A stretch of DNA of 64,000 bases from the NCBI GenBank assembly GCA_014816185.1, contig GCA_014816185.1_4095.1; one strand, written 5' to 3'. The notes under the pieces are model-generated. The model searched no databases. It worked only from the letters and a program-made list of their open reading frames with translations, and had not been told where the DNA came from. Position numbers and translations under genes: made by a program. Of the stretch, positions 34,001 to 43,737 are shown in pieces; the first letter of the stretch is position 1, and each line of letters starts with the position of its first letter. This DNA is from a phage.

Positions 34001-34340
34001 GAGCCACATTACGACGCTTGATGCGTTTCTGTGGTAAATTGCTTAAAGAAACTACTGGACCACATACGAAATTCACCGACGGTGTATCGAATCTCTGTGT
34101 GTACGGTTCAAATTTCTCCATCTCTTCTTGAAAGAATAGACAAACTGGAATGGTTCTATTACTTTGCCACCACCAATCGTGTGCTATACCTAACAATTCG
34201 TCTTGCATTGAATCATCCATATCATCGAAACAGTAAAGAGTTGTATACTGTTTGCTTTTGATTTTGATGATACCAACAAACGTTTTACCATCATACTGGA
34301 TTACAGTAATGAATGGTGGAATAGTGTTATATTGATTCAT
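33987..34340 (-). CDS. hypothetical protein (117 aa, minus strand)
   Basis: Complete ORF between + strand genes; basic C-terminus; weak RBS. Confidence 0.4.
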   Translation of the reverse strand: MNQYNTIPPFITVIQYDGKTFVGIIKIKSKQYTTLYCFDDMDDSMQDELLGIAHDWWWQSNRTIPVCLFFQEEMEKFEPYTQRFDTPSVNFVCGPVVSLSNLPQKRIKRRNVALKKK

Positions 34341-34397
34341 ATTAGTTCCATAAATATTAGTATAAATTTATACCTATTATTTATGGAAGGAAAAACT

Positions 34398-35375
34398 ATG
34401 GCTCATCACGGCGTGTTTATGTACCCTTATAATCAGGAAGTATCATTGGGCAATTTTAATATGCCATATAGCAATGAAAAACTAACTATATATAGAGGGG
34501 CAAATAATAATTTATCTTTTACTGTTCACAACGCTGATGGAAAATATACTTTATTGAAAGATAATGAATATCTTACATTTATGATTTTTGATGCACGAAA
34601 TAATACTAAACTATTTGATGTTGTATTAGAAAAACAAGAACCCAGTTGGTTATCAGAAAGTGGACAAGCAAGACAAACATTAGGAAATAAAAAGAAAGTA
34701 TATTATGGATGTATTGTTCCAGCAGGAGTTATTCAAGATACCAGTCCTGGTTCAAAATATAGATGGAGCATTACTAAAGTAACAATGGATGGTTCACTTA
34801 TAGAACCAACACAATATCTATACACAGGGATGAACTTTGAGGCATCAGCAGAGCTAATAATTTCAGACCAAGCAGCACCTGTATTTGTCCCCAGTACTGA
34901 AATATCAGTTAATAAAAATCCAGCATGGACAACTATAAAGCGTTTATATCATGAACCAATTGGAAATGGTATGATTGGTGAATATGATATTCTCGCATCA
35001 ACTCCACTACCAGCACAAATGCAGTTTGGATTAGTAGATGGATTAAGTAGTATTGCAATTTATTTTGACAAATTTATTGGTAGAATACAGCTACAAGGGT
35101 GCTTGTGTAACAACGTACCTAATGATAATGAAAACTATAAATGGTTTATTATTAAATTAGATGGAAAGGATTATATTGAAAATGGAATTGATTCAGAAGG
35201 TTTTCCAAAAGAACTTGACGGAATACAAGCATTTAATTTTAAAGGAAATTATATGTGGTTACGTTTGGTGGTTGCTATTCATCCCAAAATTGTTCCAGTA
35301 CCATATGACTATGCTGCTGTCCGAAAAGTGTATGACCCTTTCCTAACAGTACCTAAAATTTTGATACGTAGATGA
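34398..35375 (+). CDS. hypothetical protein, possibly structural (about 326 aa)
   Basis: ORF 34332-35375, start ATG 34398 after GGAAGGA; CATAAATA/TATAAATT late-promoter-like motifs upstream. Confidence 0.5.
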   Translation: MAHHGVFMYPYNQEVSLGNFNMPYSNEKLTIYRGANNNLSFTVHNADGKYTLLKDNEYLTFMIFDARNNTKLFDVVLEKQEPSWLSESGQARQTLGNKKKVYYGCIVPAGVIQDTSPGSKYRWSITKVTMDGSLIEPTQYLYTGMNFEASAELIISDQAAPVFVPSTEISVNKNPAWTTIKRLYHEPIGNGMIGEYDILASTPLPAQMQFGLVDGLSSIAIYFDKFIGRIQLQGCLCNNVPNDNENYKWFIIKLDGKDYIENGIDSEGFPKELDGIQAFNFKGNYMWLRLVVAIHPKIVPVPYDYAAVRKVYDPFLTVPKILIRR

Positions 35376-35401
35376 GACAAAACTAGAAGGTGTGCTATAA
35401 T
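35373..35401 (+). promoter_or_regulatory. early promoter (TGAGAC -35, TGcTATAAT)
   Basis: TGAGAC 35373-35378 (TGA is the stop of the upstream gene), 17-nt spacer, TGC+TATAAT 35393-35401. Confidence 0.5.
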
Positions 35402-35430
35402 CATTTGTAAGAAAAGACAAGGATTAACTT

Positions 35431-36486
35431 ATGAACGCTGTACAAAACATAATGGCACAAATTATGAATGATCCAGTACCTGCGATTGGTACATGGTCAC
35501 AACACAACTGTCCAGCTTGTGTGTTCAGAGGACATTCAAGGCCGGATACAAAGCACCGTGGTAATCATATGTTCAATGCAGATGGTTCCGTTTCATATAA
35601 CTGCTTTAACTGTAGTTTAAAAACTGGTTGGCAACCAGGAAAATATATGAGCAAAGATATGGAGTCTTTGCTCATTTCTTTTGGTGCACAAGATAAAGAA
35701 ATAGAATTAGTTAAGTTTTATATTAAAGAAATGGTTGACAGTGGTGATTTTGCTGCACAAGAAACTGTTGCATCAAAATTGTATGACCGAGTAACAGTAC
35801 GTGATTTGCCATCAAATGCAAAAACATTTTGGGAATGGGCTTCTTTACCTGAAGATAAAATTCCACAAGAATTTATAAGTGTTTTGCATAATGTCAATGA
35901 AAGAAACCCATATCTGTTAGACTTAGAATTATATTGGTCACCTAATAAAGAACATAAAATGTATGACAGATTTATTATTCCATATTTCATGAATGGTAAA
36001 ATTATTGGTTATACTGCACGACATAAATTAAAAGATCCTGGAAGTACATACAGGTTCATAAATCAAGTAAGTACTAATATACTATATAACTATGATTTAT
36101 TAAAAGATGAACGAATAAAAACAATTTTAGTATGTGAGGGTCCGTTAGACGCAGCATTAATGGGTGGTGTATCTGCTAATAACTTTAAATTATCAAACGT
36201 ACAGATTGATGTATTAAAAGATGCACAGCAAAAAGGTAAAAAAATAGTTATTGTTCCAGATAGAGATAAAGATGGATTAATAACTATAGACCAAGCACTT
36301 GAAAATGGATTCAGTGTTTCCTTCCCAGACTTTGGTGCTGTAAGAGAAGGTAGTACAATACGTCATATCAAAGACTTTGAAGAAGCTTGTGCACGATTTG
36401 GTAGGTTATTTTGTTTACAATTAATACATGATAGTATAGTAGATGAGCCATTTTATATTAAAGCTCAAACGGATAAATGGATGTAA
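35431..36486 (+). CDS. gp61: DNA primase (T4 gp61-like)
   Basis: 351 aa; N-terminal zinc ribbon CPACVFRGH ... CFNC; TOPRIM-like ILVCEGPLDAALMGG. Confidence 0.85.
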   Translation: MNAVQNIMAQIMNDPVPAIGTWSQHNCPACVFRGHSRPDTKHRGNHMFNADGSVSYNCFNCSLKTGWQPGKYMSKDMESLLISFGAQDKEIELVKFYIKEMVDSGDFAAQETVASKLYDRVTVRDLPSNAKTFWEWASLPEDKIPQEFISVLHNVNERNPYLLDLELYWSPNKEHKMYDRFIIPYFMNGKIIGYTARHKLKDPGSTYRFINQVSTNILYNYDLLKDERIKTILVCEGPLDAALMGGVSANNFKLSNVQIDVLKDAQQKGKKIVIVPDRDKDGLITIDQALENGFSVSFPDFGAVREGSTIRHIKDFEEACARFGRLFCLQLIHDSIVDEPFYIKAQTDKWM

Positions 36487-36508
36487 TACATATAATGAGG
36501 GAACATAG

Positions 36509-38029
36509 ATGATTCAAAGCACAGTGGATGTGAAACAATATGGGATTAATGCACAACAATACTTATTATCTCAGATTTTCAGTAATCCTGATTTATATGT
36601 ACGTTGTAAAAATATCCTTAAACCAGAATATTTTGATAAAACATTTCATGAAAGTATTCAATACGTACATGATTATGCTGCAAAATATAGTTCATCACCT
36701 ACTTTGAAAGATATTGAAGTTAAAGGTGGTTATCAATACGATCAATATGAAGTTCAAGAATTACATAAACAATCAGTACTTGATACCTGTGGTGAATTTT
36801 GTCGTCATAAAGCATTAGCGTTAGCCGTTGAAAAAGGAATGGAACTTGTCCATCAGAAAAAATATGGTGGAATCGAAGAACTAATCCGAGAAGCAATGTT
36901 GGTAACGGTACAGAATGAGTTAGGTTTGGACATTTTTGAAAACCCTGAAGATACAATCCGCTCACTCAGTACAATGCAAGGGTCATTTAAGAGTGGTTGG
37001 GAAACTCTTGATTACAAACTGTTCGGTGGATTTGGGCGTAGAGAGTTAGAGATCTTTGCTGCTGCATCAGGTGGTGGTAAATCAGTAGTACTGCAAAATT
37101 TAGCAGTTAACTTTGCGAAAGCTGGTATGAATGGTGCATACATTTCACTTGAACTAGCTGAAGAGTTGGTTGCTGTTCGTATCTATGGTATGATGACTGA
37201 ATCAAAACTCAGTAACGTAAAAAATGAAGCTGAAAAGATTGGATTTGCTGTTAAAGTTGAAGGTAAAAACAGTGGTATGTTGCGTATTAAACGCTTACCT
37301 GAATCTGTAACAACCACTGACGATATTGAAAGTTATCTACGTGAATTACAAATTAAGATGGAAATCAAACTTGATTATGTATGCGTGGACTATTTGGATC
37401 TATTAACTTCTAATCGTCTTGGACCAAATGATAAATCCAATACATTTACTAAAGATAAGTTTGTATCAGAAGAATTACGTGCACTTGCAACCAAAATGGA
37501 TTTAACTGTTTTCACTGCATCTCAGTTTAACCGTAGTGGTATGGACGAAGATAAGAAAAGTCAAAGTCAGATTGCTGGTGGTATTTCGAAAATTTATACT
37601 GCTGATAACGTAATTTATATTGAGGCACGAAAAGAAACTGGCGAACTATGGTTTGATTTCCAAAAAACACGTAACAGTAGTGCAGTAGGTTCCCGTTTGC
37701 GTATGTCATATGATATTGATTCATTGAGAGTTCTTGACCACGCAACTACAGTACAACAAATGGAAACCGAAGGTAATGGATTCCGTCACAGCGGTGTTTC
37801 TAAGATTGGTGGAGGGAATATGGCGTTACCACCCAGCACTATGCAAACATTACGTCATACGCTTTCTGGTGCAGCTAAATCACCATCTGTGCAACCTGAC
37901 AATACAGTAACACTAAATACTGATAGTGCTCCTAACTCTACGACACAAAACGAAATACAGAATCCACAGACACATGCTGGTACTGATCGTGTTCATGCAA
38001 TGAAGCAATGGTTAAATCAAAGGAAATGA
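36509..38029 (+). CDS. gp41: replicative DNA helicase (DnaB family, T4 gp41-like)
   Basis: 506 aa; Walker A AAASGGGKSVV; follows primase gene. Confidence 0.9.
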   Translation: MIQSTVDVKQYGINAQQYLLSQIFSNPDLYVRCKNILKPEYFDKTFHESIQYVHDYAAKYSSSPTLKDIEVKGGYQYDQYEVQELHKQSVLDTCGEFCRHKALALAVEKGMELVHQKKYGGIEELIREAMLVTVQNELGLDIFENPEDTIRSLSTMQGSFKSGWETLDYKLFGGFGRRELEIFAAASGGGKSVVLQNLAVNFAKAGMNGAYISLELAEELVAVRIYGMMTESKLSNVKNEAEKIGFAVKVEGKNSGMLRIKRLPESVTTTDDIESYLRELQIKMEIKLDYVCVDYLDLLTSNRLGPNDKSNTFTKDKFVSEELRALATKMDLTVFTASQFNRSGMDEDKKSQSQIAGGISKIYTADNVIYIEARKETGELWFDFQKTRNSSAVGSRLRMSYDIDSLRVLDHATTVQQMETEGNGFRHSGVSKIGGGNMALPPSTMQTLRHTLSGAAKSPSVQPDNTVTLNTDSAPNSTTQNEIQNPQTHAGTDRVHAMKQWLNQRK

Positions 38030-38032
38030 TAA

Positions 38033-38305
38033 ATGTCTAGTAAATCCAATAAAAAGAATCTACTTGATAGTATAGTTGACTATACGCCAGAGAAAGATAC
38101 ATTACAGAGTTTTAGTAATCGTGCAGACCACGCAATAAACTCTGTGATTCATTTATTGGAGAGCATTGAAGATGAGTTTAACCAAACTGATGCTGAAGAT
38201 TTAAAAAAACGCTTATTTCTAAGTATAAAAAACCGAGATTATAAAAAGTTTCAAAAAGGGTTAGAGAATATAGCACTTGATGAAAAACGTAATAAAGGAA
38301 ATTAA
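38033..38305 (+). CDS. hypothetical protein (90 aa)
   Basis: Complete ORF. Confidence 0.45.
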   Translation: MSSKSNKKNLLDSIVDYTPEKDTLQSFSNRADHAINSVIHLLESIEDEFNQTDAEDLKKRLFLSIKNRDYKKFQKGLENIALDEKRNKGN

Positions 38306-38306
38306 T

Positions 38307-38471
38307 ATGAAGAAAAAGAATATCAAAGAAAATGCATCTTCTGGAGCTACTTCAGCAGGTGCTATTGCATCAGTCAGTACTGGTTTACATTATCCATTAC
38401 ATCGTAGATTGCCTCCTACTAACTTCTTTGGATACAAAGTCGTAGAGAAAAAAGATAAGGACAAAGAATGA
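38307..38471 (+). CDS. small hypothetical protein (54 aa)
   Basis: ORF 38277-38471 (TTG); more likely ATG 38307 after AAAGGAAA. Confidence 0.35.
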   Translation: MKKKNIKENASSGATSAGAIASVSTGLHYPLHRRLPPTNFFGYKVVEKKDKDKE

Positions 38472-38860
38472 AACCATATACATTCTACACAATTCACACT
38501 GTAGTAGATATTGGTGATGGTAAAACCCCAACAATCATAGATTCTAAGTTCACTGGTGCTATGAACTTGTCTAGGTTGTTGGAAGCTATTATGGTATATG
38601 ACTATCCAATGATGGTAAGCGTTGTTAAAAATGAAGTCGATTTATATAAAGATAATAATTCATCTTTTTATAACATGCCAATTTCTTGGGGAAAATGTAC
38701 CATAAGCACATTCAAATTCGCATTACCAATGGATGTCGAACTTCGTTTGAATGGTATACCATTGGTTCTACCAACCGAATTAAATGGAAAACGAATAACA
38801 AAATTTATCACATCTGGTGATGATATTAACATTAGCATCAGCAAACAGACCTTTTCTTAA
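38468..38860 (+). CDS. hypothetical protein (130 aa)
   Basis: Complete ORF, start overlaps previous stop. Confidence 0.5.
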   Translation: MKPYTFYTIHTVVDIGDGKTPTIIDSKFTGAMNLSRLLEAIMVYDYPMMVSVVKNEVDLYKDNNSSFYNMPISWGKCTISTFKFALPMDVELRLNGIPLVLPTELNGKRITKFITSGDDINISISKQTFS

Positions 38861-38916
38861 TTGTGATAAATATCATAAAGCAAGACAGAGGTCTTTTTAT
38901 TTTATATGGAGAAATT

Positions 38917-39861
38917 ATGGATATAAACCAAACAGCAACTGAACTTCAAAAGTTCGCAGATGCACATAATTTGAATGTTGATGTTTCTGTTATTCTTGAT
39001 AATATGGATGCAGGTGATTTTATCACTTTAAATTCTGCGATTGATAATTCTGACAATCGTGAAATATTCCAAATTTTACAAAAATACAAAGCACAGATGA
39101 GTGAATGTTATAATTATTTTAGTACTAAAAATGTTAACAAACATATTAATGAAAGTACTGAACTTCATAGTATTGTTGATTCAATGTCACTAAAGCAATT
39201 AGCAGAAGAGTATCATAAAAATTATACATATTCAGATATAACAAAACTAACCACACAAGAATTAAAAGCAATTGTATTTGAAGATTTACAAAATCAAGCC
39301 ACACAAATGCAAGCAAAACAAATTGCTAAAATGAATGTTTCTCAGGGTCAACAACAAGTCAATCCACAAACTCAAGCTAAAATGAAACAAGCTGAGTTAC
39401 AAAGAAATGCTAATAATATGAAAGTTAGTGTTCCTGGTACACAAAGCGGGACAGATTCGGTTGAACCTGTAGTTGGTGTTGACCCAGGACAAACACCGGA
39501 GCAATCATTAGTTATTACTAAAAGTGGGACCAAGCCAAATGAGTTGAACGTTTTTCCTTTGAGTGATGTTAATCCTATTGATAATCAAAATAATCCAATT
39601 CGTGAAGAAAAATCTCCACAAGAAATTAACAGTGAACTTATGGCTAATTCCAGTTTAGAGCCTGATAGTAATCCTGATACACCATCACCATTGTCACATC
39701 ATGCACCTGGTATGGGCGAAATGATACATGCAATTTCTGATATTGAAAAAGAAGATGATATCTATGGTGATGAAAGTGTTATGGCAAACACATCACAATC
39801 TGATAATGATGACATGGTAGACCAAATTATCGATTTCTGTCATCGTATGCGAGGTCGTTAA
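38917..39861 (+). CDS. hypothetical protein, Gln/Asn-rich
   Basis: ORF 38863-39861; likely start ATG 38917 after GGAGAAA. Confidence 0.5.
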   Translation: MDINQTATELQKFADAHNLNVDVSVILDNMDAGDFITLNSAIDNSDNREIFQILQKYKAQMSECYNYFSTKNVNKHINESTELHSIVDSMSLKQLAEEYHKNYTYSDITKLTTQELKAIVFEDLQNQATQMQAKQIAKMNVSQGQQQVNPQTQAKMKQAELQRNANNMKVSVPGTQSGTDSVEPVVGVDPGQTPEQSLVITKSGTKPNELNVFPLSDVNPIDNQNNPIREEKSPQEINSELMANSSLEPDSNPDTPSPLSHHAPGMGEMIHAISDIEKEDDIYGDESVMANTSQSDNDDMVDQIIDFCHRMRGR

Positions 39862-40079
39862 TGAGAACAGTACTAAATGTGCATGGTCACAATACAATGG
39901 TTTCTAATGAAGAATATAAACTATTACAAAAGATAAAAGCACGCGGTACTGTTCCAGTTGAAAAGGTAAATGAATATTATCAGGAATTAGCTGATAAGAT
40001 GGTATCACGTGGTGTTCTAAATAAAATAGAAAATGATGACGGTACTGAATCTTACCAAACAGTTAGGAGTAGTAAATGA
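39861..40079 (+). CDS. hypothetical protein (72 aa)
   Basis: Complete ORF, overlapping start/stop with neighbours. Confidence 0.45.
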   Translation: MRTVLNVHGHNTMVSNEEYKLLQKIKARGTVPVEKVNEYYQELADKMVSRGVLNKIENDDGTESYQTVRSSK

Positions 40080-40747
40080 ATTACGAATATGATCAACAAT
40101 CAGTTAATCAGATGGCTGATTTGTTAAGTGGATTGAATGACATTGAAGCTGGTGAAACACATAACGCATCTGGGGTTCCATATAAAACTGGTGGTGATAT
40201 CGGTGCTATGGCTTCTATTTTAACTTCATTAAATGAAGCAGGTATGGATTATGGTGAACCACAACATCCACATATGGTTCAATACAATTCTCCGTATAAT
40301 GAACATTTATCAGGGAATTCACCAGTACCTTCGCCACGACCATCACAAGCACCTATTAAACCAAAAACTAATTGGAGTTTAGTGGAAGAAAAAGTACAAG
40401 GTACTAAATCTACTAAAGTTTATAGCATTAAGTGTAATCATAGTTCACAAATTATCATGAATAATATTATGATGTATGAAGCAGCACTTACATTAGTTAA
40501 TCTTCTCAATGAAGGAAGAATGTTGACAGATGCAAAAGTACTTGGTATAATCAGTTCGGGTCTTCAATACACGAATGTGATTAGTGAAGCATTGAAAGCA
40601 GCCCAGAAACGTCAACGCGTACTTAATGAATCGAAGTATGATGAAGCAAAAGATTTAGATATAATTATTGCAGAAAAGAAAGCTGAAGCGTATAAATTAA
40701 AAGAGCGTGTATTAAACTTTCTAAAAGGCGAAGGTTATATAAAGTAA
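40076..40747 (+). CDS. hypothetical protein (223 aa)
   Basis: Complete ORF. Confidence 0.5.
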   Translation: MNYEYDQQSVNQMADLLSGLNDIEAGETHNASGVPYKTGGDIGAMASILTSLNEAGMDYGEPQHPHMVQYNSPYNEHLSGNSPVPSPRPSQAPIKPKTNWSLVEEKVQGTKSTKVYSIKCNHSSQIIMNNIMMYEAALTLVNLLNEGRMLTDAKVLGIISSGLQYTNVISEALKAAQKRQRVLNESKYDEAKDLDIIIAEKKAEAYKLKERVLNFLKGEGYIK

Positions 40748-40779
40748 ATAAATGAGTGATATTTTATAAGGAAATACAA

Positions 40780-41412
40780 ATGTCAAAATATAAAAAACTA
40801 ATGGAAGCAGCTTCTCGTGCAGAAGCTATGAAGTTTATTCAACTAAATGAATCTAATATTGAAAAAGCAGAAATTGTTCTTTCAGTAAAAGGTGAGATTG
40901 TGGATAAACTCCAACGTCAATCTGAGGTTATTAACAACATGGGTGTTGACGTACTAGGCCCACTACTTGACCGTATTAAAGCCGAGCAAGGTCTAGATGC
41001 TGCACAAAATTTTAGTGATAATGTTCGTCATCTACTACAACATGCAGTTACTACCTTAATGGATGTAAAAGACAAAATCAGTACTGAAACACTTAAACTA
41101 ACTGGTGATATCACTGACGGTCCAGATGTTTCTGATATTGGAAGTGAAGATGTTGATATTGATATTGCAGCAGATACCCCAACTTTTGATATGGATGCAG
41201 ACGCAGACTTTGAAGAAGACATTATCTCTGAGCCAGTACCAACTGAACGTGAAATGAAAGAATCTGTTAAACCAAGTAAAGTTGGTGTAAAAATGGAAAG
41301 TATTCGCGGAACTGTGGGTACTAAATACTTTAGTTCAAAAGAAGAAATGAAAACATGGCTTTCTGAGAATGAAAAGAAAGTTAAACGTGTTCTAGGATAC
41401 GTTAAAAAATAA
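40780..41412 (+). CDS. hypothetical acidic protein
   Basis: ORF 40756-41412; likely start ATG 40780 after AAGGAAA. Confidence 0.5.
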   Translation: MSKYKKLMEAASRAEAMKFIQLNESNIEKAEIVLSVKGEIVDKLQRQSEVINNMGVDVLGPLLDRIKAEQGLDAAQNFSDNVRHLLQHAVTTLMDVKDKISTETLKLTGDITDGPDVSDIGSEDVDIDIAADTPTFDMDADADFEEDIISEPVPTEREMKESVKPSKVGVKMESIRGTVGTKYFSSKEEMKTWLSENEKKVKRVLGYVKK

Positions 41413-41428
41413 TTAAGGACAATTCTAC

Positions 41429-41764
41429 ATGAGATTTCGTGATCTTACTGAAGAGGCTCCTGGTAAAGATATACGCAATATGATTACTACTATTGCGTTG
41501 TCTTTAGTGTCCACGGGTCGAGAAGAAGTAAATGTTCAATCTTTGATTTCTGAAATTAAAAAGAGAACCAACATCGATGTTCCATACAATGTAATGATGG
41601 ACATTTTGAATTCCCTTCCTTTTGTACAGGATGCTAATTCTGATGTTGTAACTTTTGCAGGAAATTCAGCAGAAGGTTCAGAAGAAGTCGAGCAAGATTC
41701 TGAAGAGCAAGTTGAAGATTGGGCCACAAAAGCTGCTGTGACAGCAAATAAACAAAAAAACTGA
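41429..41764 (+). CDS. hypothetical protein (111 aa)
   Basis: Complete ORF with acidic C-terminus. Confidence 0.45.
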   Translation: MRFRDLTEEAPGKDIRNMITTIALSLVSTGREEVNVQSLISEIKKRTNIDVPYNVMMDILNSLPFVQDANSDVVTFAGNSAEGSEEVEQDSEEQVEDWATKAAVTANKQKN

Positions 41765-41790
41765 GACAAATTAAAATATAATGCTATAAT
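41762..41790 (+). promoter_or_regulatory. early promoter (TGAGAC -35, TGcTATAAT)
   Basis: TGAGAC 41762-41767 (overlapping upstream stop codon), 17-nt spacer, TGC+TATAAT 41782-41790. Confidence 0.5.
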
Positions 41791-41803
41791 TAGGAGTACA
41801 CGG

Positions 41804-42523
41804 ATGTACACACCACCAATTGTTAGCAGATATACATATGTTGGTTACAATAGAATTGAAGGCGGCCCAGAAGGTCGCCTTTATTCAACTCCAACAGGTA
41901 ATCTGCCGTCAGTAACAACAATTCTAAGTGCGACCTCGAATGACGAAGGTTTAAAGAAATGGAGAGAATTTGTTGGTGAAGAAAAGGCTAATGAGATTAC
42001 ATTAGAAGCATGTACAGTTGGTACTTTTATGCATGAGAACTTGGAATTTAGATTGGAAGGAAAGCCAGACCATGAAGGTGGTATGCCAATTCGAGTTCTT
42101 GCACGTAGAATGGCTGACAAAATTCAGCAAGAAGCATGGCCTAGAATTAATGAAGTATGGGGACAGGAAGTCCCATTGTACTATGAAGGTTTATGGGCCG
42201 GAACAACTGATTTAGTAGGTGTTCATGATGGAATCCCAACCATTATGGATTATAAAAATTCCCGTAAAGTTAAGAAGTGGGGACAAATAGAAAATTATCG
42301 TATGCAAATTGCAGCATATGCATTAGCCCATAATCAAATGTTTGGAACTAATATAGAACGTGGTGTGATTTTCATCTGTGTAAGAAAAGATCCTAACAAT
42401 CTACAATATCAAGAGTTTGTCATAGAAGGACAAGACTTCAAAGATGCAGTCAATATGTGGATTGAACGTGTAGAACAATACTATATTTTACGTGGAGAAA
42501 TTGAATCAAATGGAGCAGCATAA
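41804..42523 (+). CDS. PD-(D/E)xK family nuclease (RecB/Cas4-like fold)
   Basis: 239 aa; TTDLVGVHDG-IPTIMDYKNSRK (D ... D-x-K) followed by QIAAYALA (QxxxY). Confidence 0.65.
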   Translation: MYTPPIVSRYTYVGYNRIEGGPEGRLYSTPTGNLPSVTTILSATSNDEGLKKWREFVGEEKANEITLEACTVGTFMHENLEFRLEGKPDHEGGMPIRVLARRMADKIQQEAWPRINEVWGQEVPLYYEGLWAGTTDLVGVHDGIPTIMDYKNSRKVKKWGQIENYRMQIAAYALAHNQMFGTNIERGVIFICVRKDPNNLQYQEFVIEGQDFKDAVNMWIERVEQYYILRGEIESNGAA

Positions 42524-43064
42524 AAAAATGAAACAAGATCTATATACAATTCGTGCACTAGTAAGTAAAGGTTATGATTTAGAAGAAGTAATTAAACTTA
42601 GTGAAGAAGAGATTGATAAACTGGATTTATCAAATAAGCTAATTCTAAATATCAAAGATTATAAACAACGTGGTGCTAAACCTGTTGAAGAAATTAAAGA
42701 ACAAATTGCACAAGATATTAGTGTTGATGAAGTATCACGCAATGTACCACCAGAAGTTATTCAAGAGTATGTTGTTGATAGTGAAGAACAAGTTAAAGTT
42801 TCTGAAGAAGTAGAAATTATTGCAGAAGAACTTGCTCCTGAATTGGAAGAAGATGAAGTTGTTATTGAGCGTGTTGTTTCATCTAAAGAAGATTTGGACA
42901 TTATCAAAGAAGCATTGCAAACTAAAGAATTAAAAAGTGTTTCCAATTATGTTAAACATTTAAAATCTTTAGTACCAGAACAAATTCTATCTTCTGTAGA
43001 TAGCTCAGTTGTATCTCAACTAATTAATGAGCGTATTGCGGAAGTTAAAGAAAAAGCTAAATAA
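42510..43064 (+). CDS. hypothetical acidic coiled-coil protein
   Basis: ORF 42492-43064 (GTG); plausible ATG 42510 after GGAGAAA. Confidence 0.5.
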   Translation: MEQHKKMKQDLYTIRALVSKGYDLEEVIKLSEEEIDKLDLSNKLILNIKDYKQRGAKPVEEIKEQIAQDISVDEVSRNVPPEVIQEYVVDSEEQVKVSEEVEIIAEELAPELEEDEVVIERVVSSKEDLDIIKEALQTKELKSVSNYVKHLKSLVPEQILSSVDSSVVSQLINERIAEVKEKAK

Positions 43065-43092
43065 TCCTATAATACTATAGGAGATAGTTTTT

Positions 43093-43674
43093 ATGGCACA
43101 ACAACAAATTGCTTTACAACAAGTAAGAACTGGTAAACAGAGAGACTTACCTGATGCATTAGAAAAAGGTCAGATAGGATTCAGTACTGATGTGGGTCGT
43201 GTTTTTATTGGCCTTCCATCATCATCTGACCCAGCCAGCTTAGTCGCTGGAAGAACTTGGACTACTGATCCAAATTCAGGTAAAGAAAACGTAGAAATAA
43301 TTACAGAATTTTCACCGTGGAGAACGGTATCAAAAATAATTAATAGACCGTTTAAAGTTGATCTTCCACAAAATCAAGAAAGTATAGAAGTTATTCTTGA
43401 AAGTGAAAGTAGAGTATTCATCGATTATATTGCATATGATGATACAGAAACGGTTTTAGAATCAGGAACTATTCAACTAGTAGCCGCTGGTTCAAACACA
43501 ATGATTGCACAGTCTAATAACACAAATCGTACTGATGCAATTATATCTATCTCATTTGAAGATCCTGCATATGATTCAATAACTGGAAATATGCAATTTA
43601 ACATAGTTAACTCGGATTATTTAAATTCAGGATATCATATAGAATTTGTATATCGTGGGTGGGACAAACCTTAA
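43093..43674 (+). CDS. hypothetical protein (193 aa), possibly structural
   Basis: Complete ORF; RBS TAGGAGA embedded in palindrome CCTATAATACTATAGG. Confidence 0.5.
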   Translation: MAQQQIALQQVRTGKQRDLPDALEKGQIGFSTDVGRVFIGLPSSSDPASLVAGRTWTTDPNSGKENVEIITEFSPWRTVSKIINRPFKVDLPQNQESIEVILESESRVFIDYIAYDDTETVLESGTIQLVAAGSNTMIAQSNNTNRTDAIISISFEDPAYDSITGNMQFNIVNSDYLNSGYHIEFVYRGWDKP

Positions 43675-43693
43675 AAGGCGTCCCGCCTTTTTC
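43675..43693 (+). terminator. Rho-independent terminator
   Basis: AAGGCG-tcc-CGCCTT followed by TTTTC. Confidence 0.55.
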
Positions 43694-43737
43694 TTCCACT
43701 AAAAAAAGAAATTTATATCAATAAACAAGGATGACAC

